A stretch of 64,000 nt of DNA from an uncultured Geobacter sp. (GTDB taxonomy: Bacteria; Desulfobacterota; Desulfuromonadia; Geobacterales; Geobacteraceae): positions 33 through 64,032 of the forward strand of contig CAIYDQ010000015.1 of NCBI GenBank assembly GCA_903925075.1. The letters are read 5' to 3'. The notes under the pieces were generated by a model that ran no database searches, was not told where the DNA came from, and was given only the letters and a program-made list of their open reading frames with translations. The translations under genes were made by a program, and so were the position numbers. Below are positions 26,891-38,554 of this stretch, piece by piece; position 1 is the first letter of the stretch, and each line of letters begins with the position of its first letter.

Positions 26891-29833
26891 TTAACCGAGC
26901 GCTGCGGCATCGGTTTTCCCAGAGGGCTCGCATTCCTCAGCCTCGCCCGGGGTGTCATACCAACACATTTCGTCCTCAATTTCACCGGTTACATACCTGA
27001 GGAGCAGCGTCTCGCGCTCCTTTTCGTACTCGAAAAAATACCAGTGACTCTGCGTTTGTGTAACGAGAAGATTATGCAGGGGGAACCTTTCCGAGTAGGT
27101 GCAATTCTTCATGTCGAACAGCATCCCCGTTTCCTCTCCACACCTCAGCATGGCTATTGCCGTGCCCGGATTTATTCCCAGAATTTCGTCTCCCTTGAAA
27201 TATTCGGTCTCGTTCTTATTGAGAAAGGTGCTTAATTCCTCCAGGTCATAGGTTGCTATGGATATGCCCCGTTCGCTTTGCAGGTAGATGATTTTGTTGA
27301 CCGGATCTGCTCCATAAAATTGTAACGGGGGTTCGGCCCGCGCCTGCACGGACATCCTGCAATCGAAAACCGAGATGTCTTGAGGTGTGGTCAAAATAAA
27401 CCGGTCCGGTTCCGAGGTCATCCTCGACACATCGAAAACTGCCATTCCTTTTCCCAGCAGGTCCGCGCTTTTCCTGTTCAGCAGACTCACCTTCGTGAAC
27501 TTCGCGCGGCCATCCGGGGCGTCGTCGCGCAGGTTCAGAAAATATTCCTTCGTCTTGTCGCTCGACATGTAAACCGCCAGAATTTTTTGCGAATCCTTCA
27601 GACGGAATTTTTCGCGCATGTCGATTTTTGCGAGAAAAGCGCTTTCATCCACGGAAAGATTCGCCCGCCAGAAGGTGTCGCCGCGATCGTGGCGAAAGAG
27701 GAAGATCGCCTGACCGGGGAGCGAATCCTCGTAGGCCAACCCCTTGAAGTAAACCGAGCGGTATTTCACGGCGCTCATGCTCCGGATATCCAGCAGGATG
27801 ATGGTCTCGTCGTCCTCTCTCAACATGACGTGACGATGGTCGGCGCCCATCTTGGTCAGCGCGGACGTTCTCTCGGTGTATTGGACGGGATCCTCGTCGT
27901 CGTCGAATTCCTCCAGTTCGAGCGGCGTCGCATCGATGCGATACTGGTCCGAACGTTGCGCATCGATGCGGAGCGCTTCCAAATATTCGGCGAACTCCCC
28001 GTCGACGCGCCGCAGCGCTTCAACGTCGCCGATGCGCTCTTTCAACGTCCGCGCGCGGTCCATGTTTCCCGAAAAGACGGCATGACGATATTCGGCGATG
28101 AGTTCGGCCTCCGATTTGGGGGGCGCGCGCAGGACGAGCAACTCCCTGAGCGCGCGGTCGTACGCCCCCCTCTCCTCGGCGGGCAGAATCGCCATCGGCC
28201 GGCGGATCGACGAGAGGATCTCCTGGACCTCGACGAAGGTGGAACCCTCGTCCTTGGCGCGCGCCACAAGCAGGCCGACCTCGTCCCTCGCCCGTGCCTG
28301 CTCGATCGCGACCAGTCTGCGATAGTCCTCCTTGAACTGCGGATAACCACCGAAGTAACGCCTGATGACATGGAACCTTTCGAAACAGCCGTCAGTCGCT
28401 CCGGCGCCGATCGACTCCTTCACTCGCACATATTCCAGCCAGAGTTCCTTCGCCTCCTGGTCGGAAAGACGCAGCAGCGGCCGGTTCTCGAAGAGGACTG
28501 CGAAATGGGGAGAGATGCCGAACGCGTAGCGGTATTGCTCGATCTGAAACTCCTGCCGCCCCAGCCAATAAAGGGTGTCGAAACAGCGGGGCCATGCTTC
28601 TTCTTTTGCCAGCATACGGAGTTCTTCAATGCGGTTTTCGACCAGTTTTTTCCTTTGGAGCTTTTTCTCGCAGGCTATCAGTTCCCTGATTTTTTCGCCG
28701 TTCCCCTTGTCGCACTCAAGCAACTGCTGCAACAATTCGATTCTCTCTTCCCGATCCGTGAGGCGCTCGATACGCTCCCACAACGACGCCCGTTCCGCCT
28801 CGGCCTGCATTTCTTCCATAATCCAGATCAGATCCTGGGCCTTTTGAAAGTTCGGGTAACAGGCCAAAGCGCCCCTGGCAAGCGACTTGGCCGCAGGGAA
28901 CTCTCCGCGGTCGAAAGCGGCCTGTGCCTCGATCAACGCCGGCTCGGCTTCCGCCAGCATGTTCCCTTCGACGTCCTTTCTCAGACTGGCAAAGGAGGTG
29001 ACAAACCCCTCCTTTGCGTCGGCGACTTCCAAAAGGCGAAAGGCCAGCGGCAGGTGGCCGTCCTTGAAGGAAAGATCGGCATAGGCGTAGAGGGCATTTT
29101 TCCCCTGCTCTGCCGGAGGAATCGACTCGAAGATGACTCTGGCTTCGGAAATCATGCCGTTACTGTAGTAGCAAATGGCAAGTATTTCGCGGATGTTCTG
29201 GTCCTTTACGATCTGATTCGGCTGTGCGAGCAGGGTCTCGATCACCCGGTCATACGCCCCCATTTCCTCCGATAAGATGCGGGCCGCCTTTACCAGGACG
29301 GGGAGTTCTTCTTTCTCCTTGATCCGTATGCCGGTCAACACCTCTTCCGCCCGGCCGTAATCGTACTCTTCCAGCCATTTCTGGGCCTTGCGCAATGCCC
29401 CCTTGGGCGTGCAGGATGCATCCAAGCCGCTGCACCTTTGTAACTCCTCCCGGCGGAGCTGTTTCGAAGATTTTTTTTCCGAAGAAGAGACCGGTCGCTC
29501 GGCCGCAGACGGCTCGACCGTATCGAGAGCCTTTTTCGTCAGACTCTTCAGTTCGGTGTGGCAGGCATCCACCAAAGGGGACAGCCGATGCTTGATCAGC
29601 ACGATCGCCGGCTCGTAGGGATGAGGGACAAGATAGAAAGCCTTTCCGTAGTTTTCCAGCAACAGGTTCTGCAACCCGTTCTTGAGGTCGTAGCCGAGCT
29701 TTTTGTCCGGAGCCGGCAGCTTCAAACTGGTCGGGTTTACCCTCTTGATCAGTTCTATGATGTCTTCGGAGGATGGAACACGGCAAGAGTTCAACAGACT
29801 CTCCGCAGACTTGACGTAATGCCGCCAATCCAT
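26891..29833 (-). CDS. Large (980 aa) hypothetical protein: N-terminal domain, central TPR-like/alpha-helical region, C-terminal beta-rich domain
   Basis: This is the only long ORF across the span. Spot counts give 38-52% GC. No Walker, nuclease, protease or other catalytic motif was recognised by eye. The helical repeat character (..AFDRGEFPAAKSLARGALACYPNFQKAQDL..) suggests TPR. Confidence 0.7.
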   Translation of the reverse strand: MDWRHYVKSAESLLNSCRVPSSEDIIELIKRVNPTSLKLPAPDKKLGYDLKNGLQNLLLENYGKAFYLVPHPYEPAIVLIKHRLSPLVDACHTELKSLTKKALDTVEPSAAERPVSSSEKKSSKQLRREELQRCSGLDASCTPKGALRKAQKWLEEYDYGRAEEVLTGIRIKEKEELPVLVKAARILSEEMGAYDRVIETLLAQPNQIVKDQNIREILAICYYSNGMISEARVIFESIPPAEQGKNALYAYADLSFKDGHLPLAFRLLEVADAKEGFVTSFASLRKDVEGNMLAEAEPALIEAQAAFDRGEFPAAKSLARGALACYPNFQKAQDLIWIMEEMQAEAERASLWERIERLTDREERIELLQQLLECDKGNGEKIRELIACEKKLQRKKLVENRIEELRMLAKEEAWPRCFDTLYWLGRQEFQIEQYRYAFGISPHFAVLFENRPLLRLSDQEAKELWLEYVRVKESIGAGATDGCFERFHVIRRYFGGYPQFKEDYRRLVAIEQARARDEVGLLVARAKDEGSTFVEVQEILSSIRRPMAILPAEERGAYDRALRELLVLRAPPKSEAELIAEYRHAVFSGNMDRARTLKERIGDVEALRRVDGEFAEYLEALRIDAQRSDQYRIDATPLELEEFDDDEDPVQYTERTSALTKMGADHRHVMLREDDETIILLDIRSMSAVKYRSVYFKGLAYEDSLPGQAIFLFRHDRGDTFWRANLSVDESAFLAKIDMREKFRLKDSQKILAVYMSSDKTKEYFLNLRDDAPDGRAKFTKVSLLNRKSADLLGKGMAVFDVSRMTSEPDRFILTTPQDISVFDCRMSVQARAEPPLQFYGADPVNKIIYLQSERGISIATYDLEELSTFLNKNETEYFKGDEILGINPGTAIAMLRCGEETGMLFDMKNCTYSERFPLHNLLVTQTQSHWYFFEYEKERETLLLRYVTGEIEDEMCWYDTPGEAEECEPSGKTDAAALG

Positions 29834-30261
29834 AAGTCACCTCTAATTTTAAAATTATAATTAATGGAAACTTGTTTTACTGTCTCTGGTTTCCGATGTC
29901 AAGGGAAAAGTGCTTCCGCAAATGGGACCTTCGGGGAGGAGAGTTTTAGCCGATGCCGGGGAGGCGCGGCAAGGCGAACGGCGGGGACGCCGGCGAACGG
30001 AGACGCTGGCGCGCTTTTGCACCTTATTCTGGGCGCCTTGGGCGCCGTATCTGGACAAGCGGCAAGGTTGGCGAAAGGCTCGCGGAGTTCATGGAAGCAG
30101 GCGATGAGCGGTGAAAGCGGATTACGTCAAAGCGGATTCATGGGGGAGGCGAGCAAAGATGAGTTGAAGGACGACGAGTAGGAGGCATAGGAAATCGTCC
30201 TACATCCCCCTCGCCCCGTCATTATCGGTAGCGCGATCGCCGCTGCCTCCGTGGCGCCCAA

Positions 30262-30732
30262 TCAACCGCCACTCTGCACCGACGCCAGCTCCTCGGCGGT
30301 CGCCGGCCTGAGCTCCAGCACGGTGCAGTTGAAGATCAGCGTCTTCCCCGCCAGGGGATGGTTGCCGTCCAGGACCGCGCTGCCATCGACAATGTCGGTG
30401 ACCGTCGCCAGGAAACGGCTGTCCTCGTCGCCGCCTCTCTTGTTGCCTTCGAACTGCATGCCGACGCTCAACGGCTGCGGCAGCTCTGCAACCGGCACGA
30501 TGTCCACCAGCCCGGGATCGTACTCTCCGAAAGCCTCCGCCGGTTGCAGCGTCACGGTAACGCTATCCCCGACGGACTTGCCGTCCAGCGCTTTCTCAAT
30601 TAGCGGGAAAATCCCCTCGTAGCCGCCGTGCAGATAGCGAAGCGGCTCTTTGCCTTCGTCGACCGTCTGGCCGTCTGCTCCGGTCACCGAATAGCCGAGG
30701 GTGACGATTAAATTTTTGGTGACTCTCTCCAT
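30262..30732 (-). CDS. slyD: FKBP-type peptidyl-prolyl cis-trans isomerase, SlyD-like
   Basis: NLIVTLGYSVTGADGQTVDEG.EPLRYLHGGYEGIFPLIEKALDGKSVGDSVTV.L.PAEAFGEYD... NHPLAGKTLIF.CTVLELR. The ATG at 30732 sits behind GGGAGCG. Confidence 0.85.
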   Translation of the reverse strand: MERVTKNLIVTLGYSVTGADGQTVDEGKEPLRYLHGGYEGIFPLIEKALDGKSVGDSVTVTLQPAEAFGEYDPGLVDIVPVAELPQPLSVGMQFEGNKRGGDEDSRFLATVTDIVDGSAVLDGNHPLAGKTLIFNCTVLELRPATAEELASVQSGG

Positions 30733-30898
30733 GATCGCTCCCATGCCCGTTGCCCGTTTGCTCCCGCAAGATCGCGGGAACCCTATATAAAAAAGCAAAA
30801 GCGAGGCAGAGTCAAGAGAGATCTGCCGGATCGCCGCCGCTTTTGTCAGAGGGAACGCCCGTAATACATACAAATTTCAGCTCCTGGCGACGGGTCAA

Positions 30899-32473
30899 TC
30901 AATCCCAGCCGTCCAGCTTCATGGTCCCCTTCTCCTGCAGATTCCGATGCATATTGAACACTTTGTACAGCATGTGCGGCTGATGGGCGCTGCCGGTGGC
31001 CACGCACTCCTTAAGCGAGCGGTCGAAATATTCCTGCAGTATCGGCCGGTACTCCGGATGCGCGCATTTGTCGATGACCCGCTGCGCCCTCTGCCTGGGA
31101 GCGAGTCCCCGCAGGTCGGCAAGCCCCTGCTCGGTCACCAGCACGTCCATGTCGTGCTCGGTGTGGTCGACGTGCGTCACCATCGGCAACACGCAACTGA
31201 TGCCGTTGGGGTCGGACTTGGTGGGCCGGGTCGAGGGGGTGTGCATGATGGAGAGATAGGCGTTGCGCATGAAGTCGCCGGAACCGCCGATGCCGTTCAC
31301 TATGCGCGAGCCGTTCACGATCGAGGAGTTCACGTGCCCGTAGATGTCGAATTCCACCGGTGTGTTCATGGCGATCAGGCCCAGCCGCCGGATCGGCTCG
31401 GCGTGGTTGCTGATCTGCACCGGCCGCAGCATGATCTTTTTGCTGTACCCCTCCCAGTTGGCGAAAAGGCGCTTCAGCCCGTCTTCGGAGAGGGCAAAGG
31501 AAGCGGTTGAGACGAAATCGAGCTTGCCGGAATCGAGCAGATCGAGCAGGTTGTCCTGCAGCACCTCCGTCCAGACGTTCAGGTGCGTGAACGGGCTGTT
31601 GAGCAGGCCGCCGGCGACCGCGTTGGCGATGGTGCCGACCCCCGACTGCAGCGGCAGCAGGTTTCGCGGCAGTCGGCCCATTTGGACCTCCGACTTCAGA
31701 AACTCCATGATGTGGTCCGCCATCTGCCCGGACTTCTGGTCGAAGGGGCCGAAAAAGCGTCCCACCGGCTCCTTGCGGGATTCAATGATGGCGGCGATTT
31801 TTCCGGGATCGCAAGCGATGCTGGTTGAGCCGATCCGATCCTTGACGCTGCGGATCTCCAGGACGTTCTTGTGCGGCGGCAAAGCGACCCCGACGCAGTC
31901 GTGCATCCCTTCCAGGGAAGGGATGGTGGTGTTGATCTCGATGACGATCTTATCCGCCCGGGCCACGATTTCGGCGATGATGCCGACCGCCAGCGTCGGC
32001 ACGATCCCTCCGTCCTCGGTGATGCAGCTCGCCTCGATCAGGCCGACGTCGATCTTGCCGCCGTTGTCCAGCGTGTAGAAGCCGTAGCCGAAGTCCTGGG
32101 CGTACATGGAAAGGAACCGGTCGCCGAAATTGATTTCCGCCCTGTTGATGGCCTTCTGAATCGAGTGTCCCTGCTGATGCGGCCAGCGTCGGTCCAGCAT
32201 GCCGAGTTCCGACCAGCGATCGTCGACGTCGATGCCGATGGAGGCGCCGGTGTACACGCTGAAGCGCATCTTGCCCTGCAGGCCATTGTTCTCGACGTGG
32301 TCGGCCAGCAAAGCCGGCAGCGTCTTGGGGTGCCCCTCGGCGAAGCCGGAGAAACCGAGGTACATGCCGTCCTTGAAAAGCGGGATGGCCGCCTCGGCGT
32401 CCATGATCTTGTCGTGCAGCTGCTTGCAGCGGATTCTGTTAAGCAAATCGGCCGAGCGTCCAGTATTGCCCAT
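30899..32473 (-). CDS. Acetyl-CoA hydrolase/transferase family protein (succinyl-CoA:acetate CoA-transferase type)
   Basis: 524 aa with family-typical segments ..FSGFAEGHPKTLP.., ..SGVGTIANAV.., ..GIGGSGDFMRNA... The specific substrate pair is inferred only from family knowledge. Confidence 0.8.
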   Translation of the reverse strand: MGNTGRSADLLNRIRCKQLHDKIMDAEAAIPLFKDGMYLGFSGFAEGHPKTLPALLADHVENNGLQGKMRFSVYTGASIGIDVDDRWSELGMLDRRWPHQQGHSIQKAINRAEINFGDRFLSMYAQDFGYGFYTLDNGGKIDVGLIEASCITEDGGIVPTLAVGIIAEIVARADKIVIEINTTIPSLEGMHDCVGVALPPHKNVLEIRSVKDRIGSTSIACDPGKIAAIIESRKEPVGRFFGPFDQKSGQMADHIMEFLKSEVQMGRLPRNLLPLQSGVGTIANAVAGGLLNSPFTHLNVWTEVLQDNLLDLLDSGKLDFVSTASFALSEDGLKRLFANWEGYSKKIMLRPVQISNHAEPIRRLGLIAMNTPVEFDIYGHVNSSIVNGSRIVNGIGGSGDFMRNAYLSIMHTPSTRPTKSDPNGISCVLPMVTHVDHTEHDMDVLVTEQGLADLRGLAPRQRAQRVIDKCAHPEYRPILQEYFDRSLKECVATGSAHQPHMLYKVFNMHRNLQEKGTMKLDGWD

Positions 32474-32513
32474 TTGATGTACGCCTCCTAAACAAGATAA
32501 CTGCCTGATTTCC

Positions 32514-32546
32514 CTTCGCGTTCTCTGCGTCTTCGCGGTTCAGGGC
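32514..32546 (+). repeat. CGCGAAG-type dispersed repeat
   Basis: CTTCGCGTTCTCTGCGTCTTCGCGGTTCAGGGC, in the spacer between two minus-strand genes. Confidence 0.75.
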
Positions 32547-32563
32547 GAACGGTCGAGCGGGGT

Positions 32564-33451
32564 TCACAGCGCTCGATACGATTCCGGGCGCAGGTTGACT
32601 TCCCCGCGGAGCGCGGCGTCGAGCAGCGCCATGGCCTCCGCTTTGCCCTTGGGCATCTCCACCTTGAGGGGAAGATAGTTTGAGGGGTGATTGGCCATGA
32701 ACATCCCTTGCGTCAGCTCGGTGTGGCCGAGCATTTCCCGCAGCTCCCCGAGAAGTTCCATCGGCGTCGGCGCCCGGAACTCGCCCCGGTTCGCCTTCGC
32801 TTCCAGCTCGGTCCCCTCGCAGACGATCACCGAAAGCGCGCCCACGTAATTGGGGTCCATGGCGGTCAAGAGCCGGCCGGTTTGCCGACCGTGTTCGAGG
32901 CTGCGCCCTTCGGGCGCAATGCCCAGCAGCACGGTCACGGAGAGCTCGATCCCGGCCGCCTTCACCTTGCGTCCCGCCACGATCAACTGCTCGGCGCTGG
33001 AATCCTTATGCACGAAGGCAAGGGTTTGCGGATCGCCGCTTTCCACGCCCAGGTAGATGATCCCCAGCCCGTTGTCGTGCAGCCACTTCAGTTCTTCCGC
33101 GCTCTTTTTGCGGGTCGCCAGGCCGGTGGCGTAGACCCCGACCCGCTCGACGCGGGGCAAATACTGCCGGATGGCCGGCAACAGCCAACGCCACTCGGCC
33201 ATCGGCATGATCAGCGCGTCCCCGTCGGCGACGAAAAGCCGCTTCACTCCAGGATAAAGTCTGGCCGCCTTTTGCAGATCCGCCTCGACGATGGCCCGGC
33301 TCTTGATCCGGAAGCGTTTGTCCTTGTAGCTCACGCAGAAGCTGCAGCGGTTGTGGGCGCATCCCACGGTTGCCTGCAGGATGATGGAGCGAGCCTCGCT
33401 GGGGGGACGATAAATGGCGCCTTCGTAATCAAGGCTTTCGAAATTGCGCAC
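32564..33451 (-). CDS. Radical SAM protein (function unknown)
   Basis: CAHNRCSFC (CxxxCxxC) near the N-terminus in the context IYRPPSEARSIILQATVGC... GTG start. Confidence 0.8.
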   Translation of the reverse strand: MRNFESLDYEGAIYRPPSEARSIILQATVGCAHNRCSFCVSYKDKRFRIKSRAIVEADLQKAARLYPGVKRLFVADGDALIMPMAEWRWLLPAIRQYLPRVERVGVYATGLATRKKSAEELKWLHDNGLGIIYLGVESGDPQTLAFVHKDSSAEQLIVAGRKVKAAGIELSVTVLLGIAPEGRSLEHGRQTGRLLTAMDPNYVGALSVIVCEGTELEAKANRGEFRAPTPMELLGELREMLGHTELTQGMFMANHPSNYLPLKVEMPKGKAEAMALLDAALRGEVNLRPESYRAL

Positions 33452-33605
33452 TAGTTCACCTTTTCCTTATCGGTAGTCAGGCACTCTCAAAGAGCCGCGA
33501 TAGTATGCTTGCCTTGGAGCCGCCTACGATGCTATTACTGGGGCAGGTAGCGAAAAAAGTCAACCGTCTTAAAGATGGTTCCCAGCTAAAAGGTGGTTCC
33601 CAAGC

Positions 33606-33950
33606 ATGAACAACAACGCCTGCGATTTCTATTGCGAAAAGATCCTGCAACGCAAAATGGAAGTAGAGATCTGCTTCGAGAACGATCAGGTCTTCGCCTT
33701 CCACCACTCCAACCCGCTGTGGGAGCACCACGTCGTGCTGTTGCCCAAGAAGCATGTGGAATCGCTGCTTGCGCTGGAGGAGTGCGACAACGAGCTGCTG
33801 CTGGAACTGATGCGGGCGGCGAAGGTTATTGCCGGCGATTTCATGTCGCGATTCGGAGCGGCCCGCGTCTACACCAATCTCGGCGACTACCAGTCGTCCA
33901 AGCACCTGCACTGGCACATCGGCTCGGGAAAGCAGCTGCGGCCGTATTGA
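33606..33950 (+). CDS. HIT family (histidine triad) protein
   Basis: ..VFAFHHSNPLWEHHVVLLPKKH.. and the histidine triad HLHWHI near the C-terminus. Confidence 0.85.
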   Translation: MNNNACDFYCEKILQRKMEVEICFENDQVFAFHHSNPLWEHHVVLLPKKHVESLLALEECDNELLLELMRAAKVIAGDFMSRFGAARVYTNLGDYQSSKHLHWHIGSGKQLRPY

Positions 33951-34055
33951 CCGGAGACGGTCTCCGCGCGAAAAACGCCCGAGACTTTCCCAAAAGACGC
34001 TTGACCGCTGACGCTTGACCGCTCCCTTTTCAGATCCTTTCTGCACCGGCGAACG

Positions 34056-34370
34056 CTACCCGTCTGCCGGATTCCGGCTTTTCCCGCACTTCCAACACTC
34101 CGTGAACTGCCCTTCGATATCTTCTCGACACGAGTCGCATCTCCAAGATGCCAACTCCTTTTCCGAAAGGGCATCTTCTACCAGTAGTTTCGCCTGTTCG
34201 AAATCTTCGTCGTCGACGCACAGCAGTGGCCAGCACTCAATGGGCGGAATTTCGCCCATTCCCGCCGAAAGAAATCCGTTTTTAATCCAGCAGCTGATCC
34301 CGCCCGCTTCCAAGATGCTCTGAAATATGCTTACCAATGAGATGTTTGAGGCGCTGTAAACGGTCTTCAT
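34056..34370 (-). CDS. DUF2007-domain protein with a C-terminal zinc ribbon
   Basis: The N-terminal region MKTVYSASNISLVSIFQSILEAGGI.C...N.. is DUF2007-like. The C-terminus carries CDSC...CWKC. Confidence 0.65.
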   Translation of the reverse strand: MKTVYSASNISLVSIFQSILEAGGISCWIKNGFLSAGMGEIPPIECWPLLCVDDEDFEQAKLLVEDALSEKELASWRCDSCREDIEGQFTECWKCGKSRNPADG

Positions 34371-34453
34371 TTAATCTCCGCCTTTGACTAAAAGAATTCG
34401 GCCGGCAGGGAAGCTCACCCTGCCGGCCGGTTTTTTCGAGGCATCCCCTTCAT

Positions 34454-35167
34454 TTATTCCACCGGAAAATCGAAGTAGGTCGTCGGGAACGGTTCCCCCT
34501 CCAGGGTGAAATGCCACCACTCCTTGGCATAAGGCCTAAAACCGTGTTTTTTCATGACCACCTGCAAGAGGAGCCGGTTTGCCCGCTGCTGCGCCGTCAT
34601 GGCGCGCTGCTCGGGCCACGACTCGGGTCCGAAAAAGTCGAAGCCGGTCCCCATCTCCAATTCCCCGCCAGCGGCCTCCCCAACCAGCGACACGATGGTC
34701 AGATCGACGGTGCTGCCGCGGCTATGCCCCGACCGGGCGGCGATGTAGTCCTCTTGGAATAGTTTCCCCTTGTCCACGCCGGGGTAGAATTCCGCCTTGG
34801 TCCGGGTGTCGCCGAGCTTGTTGGCCCAGCGCACGAAATGGTCCACCGCCCGCTGCGGCCGATAGGCGTCGAAGACCTTCAGGCCGAGGCCGAAAGGGCG
34901 CAGCTCTTCCTGGACTTCCTTCAGGGCGAGCGCCGCCTGACGGGTCAGGATGCAGCGGGGCCGGCGATAACCGTCGATCGGTGCGCCGACGAAATTGTGC
35001 GCCGTCGCATAGCGCAGATCGCTGCCGATCCCGGGGACGAGCGCCTCGCAATAGACAAAGGCCTCCGGCAGCCTCGCCGGCAACGGCTCGGCCGTCCCCC
35101 CCGTCGCCGTCAGGCAGACCAGCGTGGTCGCCACAAGCAGGCTCTTCAATGGACGCTTTAACGGCAT
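34454..35167 (-). CDS. D-alanyl-D-alanine dipeptidase (peptidase M15D, VanX/DdpX-like), exported
   Basis: Signal peptide, then ..LKVFDAYRPQRAVDHF.., ..SGHSRGSTVDLTIV.., ..EWWHFTL (zinc-ligand and catalytic motifs of the VanX family). Confidence 0.85.
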   Translation of the reverse strand: MPLKRPLKSLLVATTLVCLTATGGTAEPLPARLPEAFVYCEALVPGIGSDLRYATAHNFVGAPIDGYRRPRCILTRQAALALKEVQEELRPFGLGLKVFDAYRPQRAVDHFVRWANKLGDTRTKAEFYPGVDKGKLFQEDYIAARSGHSRGSTVDLTIVSLVGEAAGGELEMGTGFDFFGPESWPEQRAMTAQQRANRLLLQVVMKKHGFRPYAKEWWHFTLEGEPFPTTYFDFPVE

Positions 35168-35180
35168 GCTCCGATCCTCC

Positions 35181-37874
<2,694 letters not shown>

Positions 37875-37897
37875 GAACCGCCTCGACGACTAACGGG

Positions 37898-38554
37898 TTA
37901 ACAGCATTCGGGATAGTGCGCGGCAAGGCAATCGGGACAGATGCCGTGGCTGAAAAAGGCGTCCGAATTATCGCTGATGTACTTTTCCAACATTTCCCAC
38001 GAGGCGTCTTCCTTGCGGATGCTCTTGCAGTGCATGCAGATGGAGATGGTCCCCTCCAGGCGCTTGATGCGCGCCAGGGCCGTCTCCAGCTCGTTTTTTT
38101 GGCGGCTCAGCAGGTCGCGCTGCTCGCGCAGCAAATCGCTTTGCCGCTTGAGTTGCAGGTGGTTGTGGACTCGCAGCTTCAACAACTCCAGGTTGACCGG
38201 CTTGGCCACATAATCGATGCCGCCTGCGCTCAGCCCCTCCAGCTCGCCTTCGAAACTGTTCATGGCGGTGAGGAAGATGATCGGAATCGCCGCGAACGCC
38301 GCTTCGGCCTTGAGCGCCCGCGAGACGTCGAAACCGCTGATCCCCGGCATCATGACGTCCAGCAGCACCAGGTCCGGCAGTTGCTCCTTGACCCGTTCCA
38401 TCGCCTGAAAACCGTTGACGGCGGTATGGATCTCATACTCCTTTTCCAGGGTGCGTTCCAGCAGCCGGACGTTGGTGGCCTCGTCGTCTACAATCAGAAT
38501 TTTGCTTCTCTCGTTGTTCACCGTTTCCACCTCGAAAGCGACCGATCTCTTCAC
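37898..38554 (-). CDS. Response regulator: receiver, coiled coil, and a C-terminal Cys/His-rich domain (no recognised DNA-binding output)
   Basis: [28 protein letters not shown].., and a C-terminal [38 protein letters not shown]. The GTG start overlaps the upstream kinase stop (GTGA). Confidence 0.88.
   Translation of the reverse strand: MKRSVAFEVETVNNERSKILIVDDEATNVRLLERTLEKEYEIHTAVNGFQAMERVKEQLPDLVLLDVMMPGISGFDVSRALKAEAAFAAIPIIFLTAMNSFEGELEGLSAGGIDYVAKPVNLELLKLRVHNHLQLKRQSDLLREQRDLLSRQKNELETALARIKRLEGTISICMHCKSIRKEDASWEMLEKYISDNSDAFFSHGICPDCLAAHYPECC

Noticed and set aside
29834-30261. Small ORFs (65-105 aa) in the spacer upstream of the 980-aa gene
   Set aside because: No RBS-linked starts, Arg/Gly-rich translations, and mutually overlapping frames. 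I treat this as non-coding promoter or leader DNA, though an sRNA cannot be excluded without expression data.
33477-34046. 189-aa minus-strand ORF overlapping the HIT gene
   Set aside because: The plus-strand frame carries the diagnostic histidine triad HLHWHI and a sensible start. The antisense ORF has no motif and has high-GC-artefact composition.
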